This document shows, piece after piece, positions 19,007 to 28,989 of a stretch of 64,000 bases of DNA. The stretch spans positions 197,115 to 261,114 of the forward strand of contig CAZIUK010000001.1 of the NCBI GenBank assembly GCA_964542785.1, read 5' to 3'. The first letter of the stretch is position 1; the number at the start of each line of letters is the position of its first letter. Made by a program: the position numbers and the translations under genes. Origin of the DNA: an uncultured Planctomycetales bacterium. GTDB taxonomy: Bacteria; Omnitrophota; Gorgyraeia; Gygaellales; Profunditerraquicolaceae. The notes below the pieces were generated by a model. That model did not search any database. It saw only the letters and a program-made list of their open reading frames with translations, and had not been told where the DNA came from.

Positions 19007-20542
19007 ATGGATAATACATTTTTAACTAACCAAAAAAGAGTCAATTTCTTTCCTAAAGCATTGGTAATTATATCTATTTTCCTTATTACTTTTATTATCT
19101 TTGGTTTTTTTTCTACTATTGGCGTTGATCCGCATCATGATGGATTAATGTTTAAGACGGCATTGGATGTTGCTAAGGGTAAGATGTTATTTAGGGATAC
19201 CTTTACTCAATATGGAGTGCTTGTTCATATAATTCATGCTTTATTACTGAATATTTTAGGGGAGTATTTAATTGTCATAAAAATTGCTACTGTTTTTTTC
19301 TATGCTTTGATATTTGTTTTTTTATTTTTAGTCCTAAAAAGAATTATACCGCGGATACTTACGGTTATTTCTATCGTAGTTTGGCTATTATTAGCCCCAT
19401 TTTATATTATGATTTTTTTGCCTTGGCCTTCGGTTTACGCGCTTTTTTTCCAATTATTATGCGTATGGCTTTTGATGCGTTGGTTAGAAACAAGGTTGAG
19501 TTTATATATTTTTTTAACAGGTATTACTACGGCTTTAGTTTTTTTATGCCGGCAGCCGGTAGGTTTTTTTACCTTTACTGCTATGGCCTTTTTTTATCTC
19601 TATCTTTTTTTACAAAGAGAAATCAGCATATTTGAATTTAGAAAGATTCTTTTAAATTATGCAGCAGCTTATTTTGCGATTTTTTCAATTTTTTTAATCT
19701 GGTTATTAATTAACAACGCTTTGATAGATTGGTGGAAGCAATCCATTATTATGCCTTTTCTTTGGGCGGTTAAACAGCCAGCCGGTATTAACATAGGAAG
19801 TTCTTCTGCAGCTGTTTCTCAGCCCTTTATTGGGCTTGATAACCTTGGCATTGGTTTAGTTAGCACTAGGGGGTTTTATGTTGAAAGAGCTGGATTATTT
19901 TTATACTTAGCCCGGGCAATTGTTTATTTTTGGTTTTTACTTCCTTTTTTATCATTTATAAGGAACCGTAAGAACATCCCTATAGTTTTATTTTCTATTA
20001 TTTGTATTGCTTCTGGTTTACAAATTTATCCGGTTCGCGATATTCGTCATATTTATTGGTCATTTGTTTTGATGCCGGGTATAATTGCCCTATTGGTTTA
20101 TCAGTTTACCGGAAAGTTCTTTAAGTATAACCCTAAAGTTTCAAAAAAGGCAGTACTTTTCATAAGTGCTAGTATTTTTATACTCATTTTTTTGCTTCTC
20201 ACCGCAGTATATCTTATAAGGGGCATAGACAAGGCAAAGGATGAGTATTATTTTGCTGATAAACCCCTTGTTTTAAAAGGCATGCGTTTAACTAAAAAAG
20301 AGAGGGATTTTTACCAGCGGGTCTACCAAAAAATAGAAAAATATTTTATGGGTAATCCTTCAGGTAATGTCCTTATTGATAGTGGAAATATGATTTTTTT
20401 AACCTTTGATAACAGGATAAAAAATATACATCCTATATATTTTAATTTATCTTATTCTCCTTGCTATCCGGAGTATCAAAAAATAAGAAATGAATATATC
20501 TTATCTAATAACCCTTTAATACTTCTTGATAATTTAGAATGA
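19007..20542 (+). CDS. polytopic membrane protein (>=10 TM), possibly a GT-C type glycosyltransferase or polymerase
   Basis: Hydrophobicity only; no recognisable motif. Confidence 0.5.
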   Translation: MDNTFLTNQKRVNFFPKALVIISIFLITFIIFGFFSTIGVDPHHDGLMFKTALDVAKGKMLFRDTFTQYGVLVHIIHALLLNILGEYLIVIKIATVFFYALIFVFLFLVLKRIIPRILTVISIVVWLLLAPFYIMIFLPWPSVYALFFQLLCVWLLMRWLETRLSLYIFLTGITTALVFLCRQPVGFFTFTAMAFFYLYLFLQREISIFEFRKILLNYAAAYFAIFSIFLIWLLINNALIDWWKQSIIMPFLWAVKQPAGINIGSSSAAVSQPFIGLDNLGIGLVSTRGFYVERAGLFLYLARAIVYFWFLLPFLSFIRNRKNIPIVLFSIICIASGLQIYPVRDIRHIYWSFVLMPGIIALLVYQFTGKFFKYNPKVSKKAVLFISASIFILIFLLLTAVYLIRGIDKAKDEYYFADKPLVLKGMRLTKKERDFYQRVYQKIEKYFMGNPSGNVLIDSGNMIFLTFDNRIKNIHPIYFNLSYSPCYPEYQKIRNEYILSNNPLILLDNLE

Positions 20543-20558
20543 AGCATATATTTATGTT

Positions 20559-21875
20559 ATGAGCAAAGCCAATGAAGTTAAGAGCAGGATTTTTAGGTTA
20601 GTTAAAGAGTTTTATTGTAAGCAGAAATGTAATAAACCCTTTTCCTTCGGAGAAAGTAGGGTTGAATACGGGGGAAGGGTCTATGATGAAAAAGAGATTA
20701 TTAACCTTGTTGATTCTGCGCTTGAGTTTTGGTTAACTGCCGGCCGTTATACAAAGGAGTTTGAAAGCGCGTTAGCAAGGTTTATTAAAATTAAGCATTG
20801 CCTTTTGACAAACTCCGGCTCTTCAGCCAACCTTTTAGCCATGACTGCCCTAACCTCGCCCTTATTAAAAGAAAGGCGCCTTAAGCCAAAGGACGAGGTT
20901 ATAACTACTGCCTGTGGTTTTCCTACTACGCTTAACCCTATTTTGCAAAATAATCTTACTCCTATATTTATTGATATAGAGTTAGGAAATTATAATATTG
21001 ATGTAAATAAAATTAAAAGAGCTATCTCTAAGAGGACAAGGGCAATTTTTACTGCGCATACTTTAGGTAATCCCATAAACATTGATGAGATAAAAAAATT
21101 AGTAAAAAAACATAAACTCTGGTGGATTGAAGATAATTGCGATGCCTTGGGCTCAAGGTATCGCGGTAAATATACAGGCGGCTTTGGCGATATTTCTACC
21201 TGCAGTTTTTATCCTCCGCATCATATTACTATGGGAGAAGGGGGAGCGGTTTTAACAAACAATCCTCTTTTAAGAAGAATTGTATTATCTTTGCGTGATT
21301 GGGGTAGGGATTGCTGGTGTGAGCCAGGCAAGGATGATACCTGTAAAAGAAGGTTTAGCCAAAAATTCGGCACCCTACCCTATGGGTATGACCATAAGTA
21401 TGTATATTCACATATCGGCTATAATTTAAAAGTTACTGATATGCAGGCGGCAATAGGTTGCGCGCAATTAGATAAACTGCTTAAGTTTATTTTAGTAAGA
21501 AAGGCTAATTTTAAGGCCATATACGGGTTCTTTAAGAAATACGAAGATTATTTTATACTGCCTCAAGCGCAAGAATATTCAAGCCCAAGTTGGTTTGGTT
21601 TTCCAGTGTTAGTTAAAGAAGGCGCGCCTTTCAAAAGAAATGATATAGTTAATTATTTAGAGTCGCATAAGATTGCTACAAGGATGCTTTTTGGGGGGAA
21701 TTTATTAAGACAGCCGGCTTATAAGGGTATAAAATGCCGCATAGTTGGAAACTTAAAGAATACTGACTTAGTTATGAATAATCTTTTTTGGATTGGCGTT
21801 TATCCGGGGTTAACTAAAGAAAAACTTTGCTATATAGAAAAAACTTTATCTGATTTTATGAGGAGGCATAGATGA
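20559..21875 (+). CDS. rfbH: CDP-4-keto-6-deoxy-D-glucose-3-dehydrase (E1, RfbH/DdhC type)
   Basis: DegT-fold protein; His-His (FYPPHHITMGEGG) replaces the PLP lysine; CWCEPGKDDTC fits the CXCX7C 2Fe-2S motif of E1; 438 aa. Confidence 0.85.
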   Translation: MSKANEVKSRIFRLVKEFYCKQKCNKPFSFGESRVEYGGRVYDEKEIINLVDSALEFWLTAGRYTKEFESALARFIKIKHCLLTNSGSSANLLAMTALTSPLLKERRLKPKDEVITTACGFPTTLNPILQNNLTPIFIDIELGNYNIDVNKIKRAISKRTRAIFTAHTLGNPINIDEIKKLVKKHKLWWIEDNCDALGSRYRGKYTGGFGDISTCSFYPPHHITMGEGGAVLTNNPLLRRIVLSLRDWGRDCWCEPGKDDTCKRRFSQKFGTLPYGYDHKYVYSHIGYNLKVTDMQAAIGCAQLDKLLKFILVRKANFKAIYGFFKKYEDYFILPQAQEYSSPSWFGFPVLVKEGAPFKRNDIVNYLESHKIATRMLFGGNLLRQPAYKGIKCRIVGNLKNTDLVMNNLFWIGVYPGLTKEKLCYIEKTLSDFMRRHR

Positions 21876-22567
21876 AGCTTAGCATAATTATAGCTTGCCT
21901 AAATGAAAAGCCCACTATAGCAGAAGTTATCAAAGAAGCAAAGGCATCGCCTATAGATAAAGAGATAATAGTCATAGATAATTATTCTACTGACGGAACA
22001 AGGGAGATATTAGAAGGCTTTAAGGAAGATAAGGAGTTAAAAATTATACTCCATTCAAGGAATATGGGCATAGGGTATTCTGGGCGCGAAGGTCTTCAGT
22101 TAGCACAAGGAAAATATTTTTATGGCATAGGAGCTGATAAGGAATACAGATTAGCCGATGCTATTAAAATGGTAGATAAGGCAGAGGCAGAAGGGCTGGA
22201 TGCAGTATTTGGCTCGCGGCTTTTAGATAGGAAGAATGTCTCTAAATTAGAACTTGTTAGAGAAAGGCATTTTTGGTTAGGCAGTATTATCTCAACTGCT
22301 TTAGTAAACTTCTTATATCAAAGAAAGTTTACGGATATTATAGGCAGTAAGATAATAAAAGCAGATGTTATGAGGAGCTTGGAATTAAAATCTGATACAC
22401 ATACTGTTGATTTTGAATCGGTAAGTAAATTATGCAAGAGAAGGTATAAAATAGGTGAAGTTCCTGTTTGGTATAAGCCGCGCACGCATAAGGAAGGCAA
22501 GACAATCAGGGCTTTAGATATTATCCCTGCCCTATGGGCAATTATTAAGGTGAAGTTTTTTAATTAG
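21872..22567 (+). CDS. GT2 glycosyltransferase (short)
   Basis: SIIIACLNE...IVIDNYSTDGT GT2 N-terminal motifs. Confidence 0.7.
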   Translation: MKLSIIIACLNEKPTIAEVIKEAKASPIDKEIIVIDNYSTDGTREILEGFKEDKELKIILHSRNMGIGYSGREGLQLAQGKYFYGIGADKEYRLADAIKMVDKAEAEGLDAVFGSRLLDRKNVSKLELVRERHFWLGSIISTALVNFLYQRKFTDIIGSKIIKADVMRSLELKSDTHTVDFESVSKLCKRRYKIGEVPVWYKPRTHKEGKTIRALDIIPALWAIIKVKFFN

Positions 22568-22607
22568 ATATAAGATTTTATTGCAAGATTATAGAGGAAG
22601 GGTTTTA

Positions 22608-23417
22608 ATGGCGCAAAGGAATAAATTAAGATTAGTTCTTTTGGCAGTATTGTTGCTTGGTATATTTATATTAGGCGCGTATTATTTTTGGCTCGCCCCA
22701 AAATACACAGTTCCGATATTAATGTATCATTCAATAGGGTATGAAGAGGGTAGTTTCTTTGTTTCGCCTGAAAACTTTAACCGTCAGATGAGGTATTTGA
22801 AGGATAAGGGTTATGAGGTGATATCTTTAGATGAATTGGTTAAAAGTATAGAGAGTAAAAAAAGAGTAAGAAGAAACAAGGTCGTAATTACCTTTGATGA
22901 CGGGTATAAAGATAATTTTACTTATGCTTATCCTGTTCTTAAGCGTTATAATTTCCCTGCGACTATTTTTTTGATAACGGATTATATAGGGACAAAATCT
23001 AATCCCGGCGAAAAGGAGTTTATGTTATGGGAAGATGTGGTGGTTATGTCTAATAATGGTATAAGCTTTGGTGGCCATACTAAGTCTCATATTACTCTTG
23101 GGTTAATGGTAGATGAAAAGCAGGCATTTGAGGAGATAGCCGGCTCAAAGGAAGCGCTTGAAAAAAAGATAGATGGAAGAGTTGACTATTTTTGTTATCC
23201 GGTAGGTGCTTTTAACGAAAGAATAAAGGAGTTAGTAAGAAAAGCTGGTTATAAGGGTGCCTGCGCAACGAACCGTGGATATGTAAAGTATAACCGTGAT
23301 GTTTATGAGTTAAAGAGGATTAAGGTAACTAACTCTGATACAAATAAGCCTTTTAGTTTTTGGGCAAAATTATCAGGATATTATATGCTTTTTGATAGAG
23401 AAAGGAGTCCTTACTAA
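22608..23417 (+). CDS. polysaccharide deacetylase (NodB-domain) with N-terminal TM anchor
   Basis: VITFDDGYKDNF NodB motif 1, HTKSH motif; ATG 22608 with RBS GAGGAAG preferred over the track start. Confidence 0.8.
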   Translation: MAQRNKLRLVLLAVLLLGIFILGAYYFWLAPKYTVPILMYHSIGYEEGSFFVSPENFNRQMRYLKDKGYEVISLDELVKSIESKKRVRRNKVVITFDDGYKDNFTYAYPVLKRYNFPATIFLITDYIGTKSNPGEKEFMLWEDVVVMSNNGISFGGHTKSHITLGLMVDEKQAFEEIAGSKEALEKKIDGRVDYFCYPVGAFNERIKELVRKAGYKGACATNRGYVKYNRDVYELKRIKVTNSDTNKPFSFWAKLSGYYMLFDRERSPY

Positions 23418-24658
23418 TGCAAAAAGTACTCAAAATTGTAACTGCGGTTAATTATTGGGCGATTGTTTTATTGCCTTTTTCAGTAGGTATTGCTCCGGGT
23501 TTTGCAAATACAGTTATTGGGGTTATATTTGCTTCGTTTTTTATTGAAAAGATTATCAAGAAAGAGAAGATATTTAATTTTTCATTACCAGTGGCGTTAT
23601 TTTTACTTTTTATCTTGATTAGTTTACTTTCTTTTTTTAATACGTCTAATTTAAAGGATAGTGTTCACGGCATAACAAAACTGTTAAAGTTTTTCTTTTT
23701 ATTTACTATTTGTAGCCAAAACATTAAGGATAAAAAGCATTTTGAGAGGATAGCAATATCTATAGCGTGTGCCGTATCTCTTTTGGGTATTGATGCTATT
23801 TGGCAGATTATAACCGGTAAGGATTTCATTCGAGGTAATGCTTTACAGGATCGTATAGGGTTGGTAAGAGCTACAGCGGCATTTCCGGGATGTAATGGAT
23901 TGGGAGTTTACCTTACGGGGTTAACTCCGATTATTGCAGGTATAGCGTTATTTGTAAAAGAGAAGAGGTGGAGGGTTATTTTTGCTTTAGTCGCTTTAAT
24001 TGGAAGTATTGGGGTTTATCTTACTTTATCGCGTGGAGCAGGGATAGGTTTATTTGTAAGTGTTTTATTTTTAAGCATTGTTAGGAGGAATAAGCTTGTA
24101 ATTACTGCGTTAATCTTTTTAATCATAGCGTATCCATTTATTATGCCAAAGAATATTAAGGACTGGGTAAGAAGTGTTAATTATAATCCGGTAGTTGTAC
24201 TGCTTAACGAGGACAGGATAGGTATTTATAGAAACACGATTCGCATGATAAAAAAACATCCTTTTGTAGGGATAGGAATAAATACTTTTTCTAAAAAATA
24301 TAGTGATTATAGGGATCCAGAAGTAGAAAGAACCAATCCTACAGCTGATGGGTATTATGCGCATAATAACTTTTTACATATGGCTGGAGAGGTTGGGCTT
24401 TTTGGGTTGGGTGTTTTCTTGTTATTTTTGTTTTTTGTATTTAAGTCTATTTGGGCGGCTTTTAAGAAAAACACAGATTATTGTTTAAAAGCTTTTGCTG
24501 TTTCTATTTTTGCAGGGCTTTTAGCGTATCTTATAAACGGGCTTACTGAAACCAGCCTTTATTATTCACGTATTGTTATGATTTTTTACTTTATGGTAGG
24601 CTTAGGCCTTGCGCTTACAAAACTTACCGATAAAAATGAAACTGCAAAAAATCAGTAA
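23417..24658 (+). CDS. O-antigen ligase / Wzy_C-family membrane protein
   Basis: About 10 TM; HNNFLHMAGEVGLFG Wzy_C-type motif in a periplasmic loop. Confidence 0.7.
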   Translation: MQKVLKIVTAVNYWAIVLLPFSVGIAPGFANTVIGVIFASFFIEKIIKKEKIFNFSLPVALFLLFILISLLSFFNTSNLKDSVHGITKLLKFFFLFTICSQNIKDKKHFERIAISIACAVSLLGIDAIWQIITGKDFIRGNALQDRIGLVRATAAFPGCNGLGVYLTGLTPIIAGIALFVKEKRWRVIFALVALIGSIGVYLTLSRGAGIGLFVSVLFLSIVRRNKLVITALIFLIIAYPFIMPKNIKDWVRSVNYNPVVVLLNEDRIGIYRNTIRMIKKHPFVGIGINTFSKKYSDYRDPEVERTNPTADGYYAHNNFLHMAGEVGLFGLGVFLLFLFFVFKSIWAAFKKNTDYCLKAFAVSIFAGLLAYLINGLTETSLYYSRIVMIFYFMVGLGLALTKLTDKNETAKNQ

Positions 24659-24852
24659 AGATATATAATCTTTCTGGTTGTTAACGTTTGAATTTTAAGT
24701 CTGCTGATAGTAGTTTTATTTAGAAATGATTTGTCGGGAAAGACAGCTAAGAGGTGGGGGCCGTGGGGAGAGGGGCATAAGGTGATTGAAGGAAGTAAGT
24801 TAGAAGATGTAAGTGTGGACCGAGTAATGGAGGCTATTTCAGGGGGATAAGT

Positions 24853-25628
24853 ATGACATACGCAGTTATATTAGCAGGCGGGGTAGGGAGCAGGTTTTGG
24901 CCATTTTCGCGGGAGCTTGAGCCAAAGCAGTTTATGAAGATAGTAGGCGAAGAGAGCCTCTTGCAATCTACTATTAAGCGCGTAGAGGGAGTAGTTCTTC
25001 AGAAGAATATCTTTATAGTTACAAATAGTATCTACTTTTATGAGGTTTTAAATCAGATAAAAGGATTTAAGATTCCTGAGCAGAATATAATCTTAGAGCC
25101 GGAAGGAAAAAATACAGCCCCGGCTGTTGGGTTGTGCGCTCGTTTGATACTTAAAAAAGACAAAGATGCGGTTTTACTGGTTTTGCCTGCAGACCACTAT
25201 ATTAAAGATAATCTTAAATTCAGGCAGGTTATTAATAAGGCGGTTGAATGCGCGCGTAAGGATTTATTAAACGTAAAGAGCGTGTTACACATTTAACAGA
25301 AAGAAGGCCTTGGGGGTCTTTTACAGTCCTGCAGGCAGGATTGGGTTTTAAGATAAAGTTAATTGAGATTAGCCCGGGCAAGCGCTTAAGCTTGCAGAGG
25401 CATCAAAAGAGAGCAGAGCATTGGGTGGTTGTCTCCGGGGTAGCTAAGGTTATAAGTGGGAATAAGGTTAAGCTAGTGCGCAGCAATGAGAGTATCTATA
25501 TACCAAAGGGAATTAAACATAGGCTTGAAAATAAAGGAAGGGTTCCGTTAAAGATAGTTGAGGTTCAGACCGGCTCTTATCTTGAGGAAGATGATATAGA
25601 GCGGTTTGATGATGATTTTAGGCGGTAA
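24853..25628 (+). pseudogene. manC: mannose-1-phosphate guanylyltransferase gene with central ~200-codon deletion
   Basis: N-term AVILAGGVGSRFWPFSRELEPKQF (24853-25296) and the C-terminal cupin IEISPGKRLSLQRHQKRAEHWVVVSG...VQTGSYLEEDDIERF (25341-25628) are both ManC-like but are separated by a stop; about 220 aa of the middle are missing. Confidence 0.75.
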
Positions 25629-25683
25629 AAAACATTTCTTATTAGTGTTATTTTTAGCACTTTAGAGAAATACATAAATTATA

Positions 25684-26769
25684 ATGATTAATAGGATTCT
25701 TATTATTAATCCCTTTGGCATAGGGGATGTTCTTTTTACTGCACCGGTTATTAGGGCATTAAAAGAAGTATATCCTGAGAGTTTTATCGGGTTTTGGTGT
25801 AATCTAAGGGTAAAGCCGTTACTGGAAAATACTCTTAAGATTAACAAAGTGTTTGCCTTATCGCGAGGAGATATTAAAAAATTATACAAGGAGTCGTTTT
25901 TTAAAGGGTTTTTAGGTTCCTTAAACCTTATCTTGGCCCTTAAAAAAGAGCGTTTTAATCTTTGTCTTGATTTTTCCCTTGACCACCGTTATGGCTTATT
26001 AGCAAAATTAATTGGCATAAAAAAACGGATTGGTTTTAACTATAAAGGCAGGGGTAGGTTTTTAACTGATAAAATTGATATTATCGGTTATAATGATAAG
26101 CACGCTGTAGAGTATTATCTTGATTTATTGCGTTTTTTGGATATAGCCCCTAAAAGGAAAGATTTGGATTTAAATATCCCTGCTTCTTTAAAAGCAAAAG
26201 CCAAGGATATGCTTAGTAAGGCAGGGGTAAGAGATGGTGATTTATTAGTTGGCATTGCGCCCGGAGCAGGCGGGAGTTGGGGCAAGGACGCAGTTTATAA
26301 GCACTGGCCGGTATTAAATTTTGCGCAGATAGCTGATAGATTGGCTGAAAGGTTTAAGGCAAGGATATTATTGCTTGGCGATGAGAGCGATAAACATTTA
26401 GCAGATATAATTACTAATACTATGCGTAGTAAGCCTATAGATTTTACAGGTAAGATAGGGCTTAATTTATTGCCGGCAATAATAAATAATTGCGGGCTTT
26501 TTATTAGTAATGACGGTGGGCCAATGCATATTGCAGTTGGCTTGGGAATTAAGACAGTAACAGTTATGGGACCTGCGGATGAAAAGGTTTATGGGCCATT
26601 TCCTTTAGATAATAATCATAAAGTTTTAACGTGGGGGGGGGATTGTAGGCCGTGTTATAGGAATTTCAGGCTGCCTGTGTGCGAGCGGGATAGGGAGTGT
26701 TTGAAGGGGATAAGCGTTGATGAGGTTTATGAGGCAGCAGCTCAATTATTGAATGAAGGGGCTGTATAG
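25684..26769 (+). CDS. ADP-heptose:LPS heptosyltransferase (GT9)
   Basis: ILIINPFGIGDVLFTAP N-term, DGGPMHIAVGLG C-terminal motif. Confidence 0.85.
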   Translation: MINRILIINPFGIGDVLFTAPVIRALKEVYPESFIGFWCNLRVKPLLENTLKINKVFALSRGDIKKLYKESFFKGFLGSLNLILALKKERFNLCLDFSLDHRYGLLAKLIGIKKRIGFNYKGRGRFLTDKIDIIGYNDKHAVEYYLDLLRFLDIAPKRKDLDLNIPASLKAKAKDMLSKAGVRDGDLLVGIAPGAGGSWGKDAVYKHWPVLNFAQIADRLAERFKARILLLGDESDKHLADIITNTMRSKPIDFTGKIGLNLLPAIINNCGLFISNDGGPMHIAVGLGIKTVTVMGPADEKVYGPFPLDNNHKVLTWGGDCRPCYRNFRLPVCERDRECLKGISVDEVYEAAAQLLNEGAV

Positions 26770-26800
26770 GGACAGTCCCCATAAAAAGGGGACAGTCCCT
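26762..26800. repeat. pair of GGGACAGTCCC(C) hairpin motifs
   Basis: TAGGGACAGTCCCCATAAAAAGGGGACAGTCCCTAAAGG; the same motif recurs at 7551-7566. Confidence 0.4.
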
Positions 26801-26811
26801 AAAGGAGAAGA

Positions 26812-27933
26812 ATGAAAATACCGGCATTAAATTTAAAAAGGCAGATTTCTCCGATTCGCAAAGAAATTGATAAAGCGATAGCAGAAGTTATTAATAATGC
26901 TTCGTTTATTTTAGGTAAGGCAGTTGAGGAGTTTGAGGAGAGTGTTGTTAAATACTGCGGTTGTAATTATGCCTTAGGCGTATCTAATGGGACTGATTCA
27001 ATCTCTTTAAGTTTGCTTTCTTTAGGGATAAATCCGGGGGAGGGTGTGATTTGTCCGGCGTTTACTTATTATGCTACTGCAGGAGCAATTTCAGCTATTG
27101 GGGCTATACCGGTCTTTACGGATATTGACCCGGATACTTATAATATTTCCCTTGATAGTGTAGAGAAGATATTAAAGAGAAAGAATAAAATAAAAGCCAT
27201 TATTTCCGTTCATCTTTATGGCCAATGCGCGGATATGGGTGGGGTTATGAAGATAGCGCGTAAGTATAAATTAAAGGTTGTTGAAGATACAGCGCAGGCA
27301 TTCGGAGCGGAATATTGTGGAAAAAAAGCCGGGACAATCGGAGACTGCGGGAGCGTTAGTTTTTATCCGGGGAAGAACTTAGGCGCATTTGGGGATGCAG
27401 GAATGGTTTTGACTAATAGTAAAACTATAGCAGAGAAGATAAGGATATTGTGCAATCAAGGGAATAAAGATAAATACATTCATCTTTTATTAGGGCGCAA
27501 TAACCGTATGGATGGAATTCAAGGCGCGGTTCTTAATCTTAAGTTAAAGTATTTGGATAAATGGAATAAAGAGAGGCAGGCGTTGGCAGGGTATTATAAT
27601 AAAGGTTTGGCGGGTTTACCGGTAACAACACCTTTTGTTAGCAACTACTCAACGCACATTTATCATCAGTATGTATTAAGGGTAGCTAAAAATAGAGACG
27701 AATTGCTTAAATTTCTTAAAAGCAAAGGCATTGACTCGCGGGTGTTTTATCCGATTCCCTTACATTTACAGAAGTGTTTTGCTTATTTAGGATACAGAAG
27801 AGGAGATTTTCCTGAGGCAGAGAAGGCTTCAAGCCAAACGCTTACTTTGCCTATAGGCCCTGAGCTTACCTTGAAAGAAAGAAAATATATTATTTGTTCA
27901 GTAAGAGGATATTATGAAAAAGAAGAAACGTAA
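26812..27933 (+). CDS. DegT/DnrJ/EryC1/StrS family sugar aminotransferase
   Basis: SFYPGKNLGAFGDAGMV with PLP lysine. Confidence 0.85.
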   Translation: MKIPALNLKRQISPIRKEIDKAIAEVINNASFILGKAVEEFEESVVKYCGCNYALGVSNGTDSISLSLLSLGINPGEGVICPAFTYYATAGAISAIGAIPVFTDIDPDTYNISLDSVEKILKRKNKIKAIISVHLYGQCADMGGVMKIARKYKLKVVEDTAQAFGAEYCGKKAGTIGDCGSVSFYPGKNLGAFGDAGMVLTNSKTIAEKIRILCNQGNKDKYIHLLLGRNNRMDGIQGAVLNLKLKYLDKWNKERQALAGYYNKGLAGLPVTTPFVSNYSTHIYHQYVLRVAKNRDELLKFLKSKGIDSRVFYPIPLHLQKCFAYLGYRRGDFPEAEKASSQTLTLPIGPELTLKERKYIICSVRGYYEKEET

Positions 27934-28196
27934 TTTTCTTTTAGAGTCAGTAGTTCGTATTTTTAGCGATATTTCTAGCGGTATCAAGAATTGGAGTATT
28001 TATTGGTTCAAAGCAAATTGGAGGTTATACGTTTCTTTACCGATAAGAGAAAGGTCAACTTTTATTTTCTATTATTTCCTATTATGTTCTTTTAGTCTAA
28101 ATTAAAAGAAAGGCGTTTTAAGGAAATTAGCGGTCCTTGTGCTACGATTAATTGTTGTTACTAACTATTACTTTTTCCTAAGGGCAATAAAACAAA

Positions 28197-28718
28197 ATGA
28201 AAAAAGTTAAAAAACTGATTATTGGCAGTGCAGGGAAAAAGCATTTAGACGCGGTTACTCTTGATATTGAAGAAGCGCACAATCCTGATGTAGTTCATAA
28301 TTTAATGAATGCGCCGTATCCGTTTGAAGATAATGCTTTTGATGAAATTGTAGCTCACCATGTTTTAGAGCACATGGATGACATTTCTTGCGTTATGAGC
28401 GAGCTTCATCGGACATGTTCACCTCAGGGTAAAATATTTATTGAAGTGCCTCATCATACTTCGTGCTATGCCCACAATCCTTTCCATAAGATTTATTTTA
28501 GTTCTTTTTCTTTTGATGGGTTTATAGAAAACAATCAAACTTGGATTGTCGGAAAGAAATATCGCTGCTTAAAAAAAGAAGTAACTTTTCATAAGTATTA
28601 CCGTATGTTATTTTTGCATAAATTGTTTAACAGGTATCCGTTAATGTATGAAAGGTTTTTCTGTTATATATTTCCTGCTGAACATTTTAAGATTTGCTTA
28701 CAGCCTTTGAAAAAATGA
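28197..28718 (+). CDS. class I SAM-dependent methyltransferase (Methyltransf_11-like)
   Basis: VAHHVLEHMDD motif. Confidence 0.6.
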   Translation: MKKVKKLIIGSAGKKHLDAVTLDIEEAHNPDVVHNLMNAPYPFEDNAFDEIVAHHVLEHMDDISCVMSELHRTCSPQGKIFIEVPHHTSCYAHNPFHKIYFSSFSFDGFIENNQTWIVGKKYRCLKKEVTFHKYYRMLFLHKLFNRYPLMYERFFCYIFPAEHFKICLQPLKK

Positions 28719-28989
28719 TATTTTATTAGGGTTAGGCAGCAGCGCGGATAAAAAACAAGCATATTATCTGGTAAGGTAAGGGATAAGGAATATGGCAAAA
28801 AAGAAGAATTATTTATTAGAAAAGGTCGTTGAGATTATATTATGTTTTTTCAGTCTAAATTAAAAGAAAGGCGTGTTCGGAAAAAAGGCGGGGTTGGTTT
28901 TTCTCGGATGAATAAAATAATCTTGTCTAAAGATATGCTGTTGGGGAGGCATTTGATTATTAAAGCAAATAAGCAACAGGGGGAATAAA

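Noticed and set aside
19381-19635. 84-aa + strand ORF inside the 511-aa membrane protein gene
   Set aside because: Alternative frame of a T-rich hydrophobic coding region. Phe/Leu-rich artefact.
24659-24852. Possible ncRNA or riboswitch in the 190-bp purine-rich spacer between the O-antigen ligase gene and the manC remnant
   Set aside because: No convincing stem-loops or known riboswitch consensus. More likely decayed coding sequence from the same deletion process that damaged manC.
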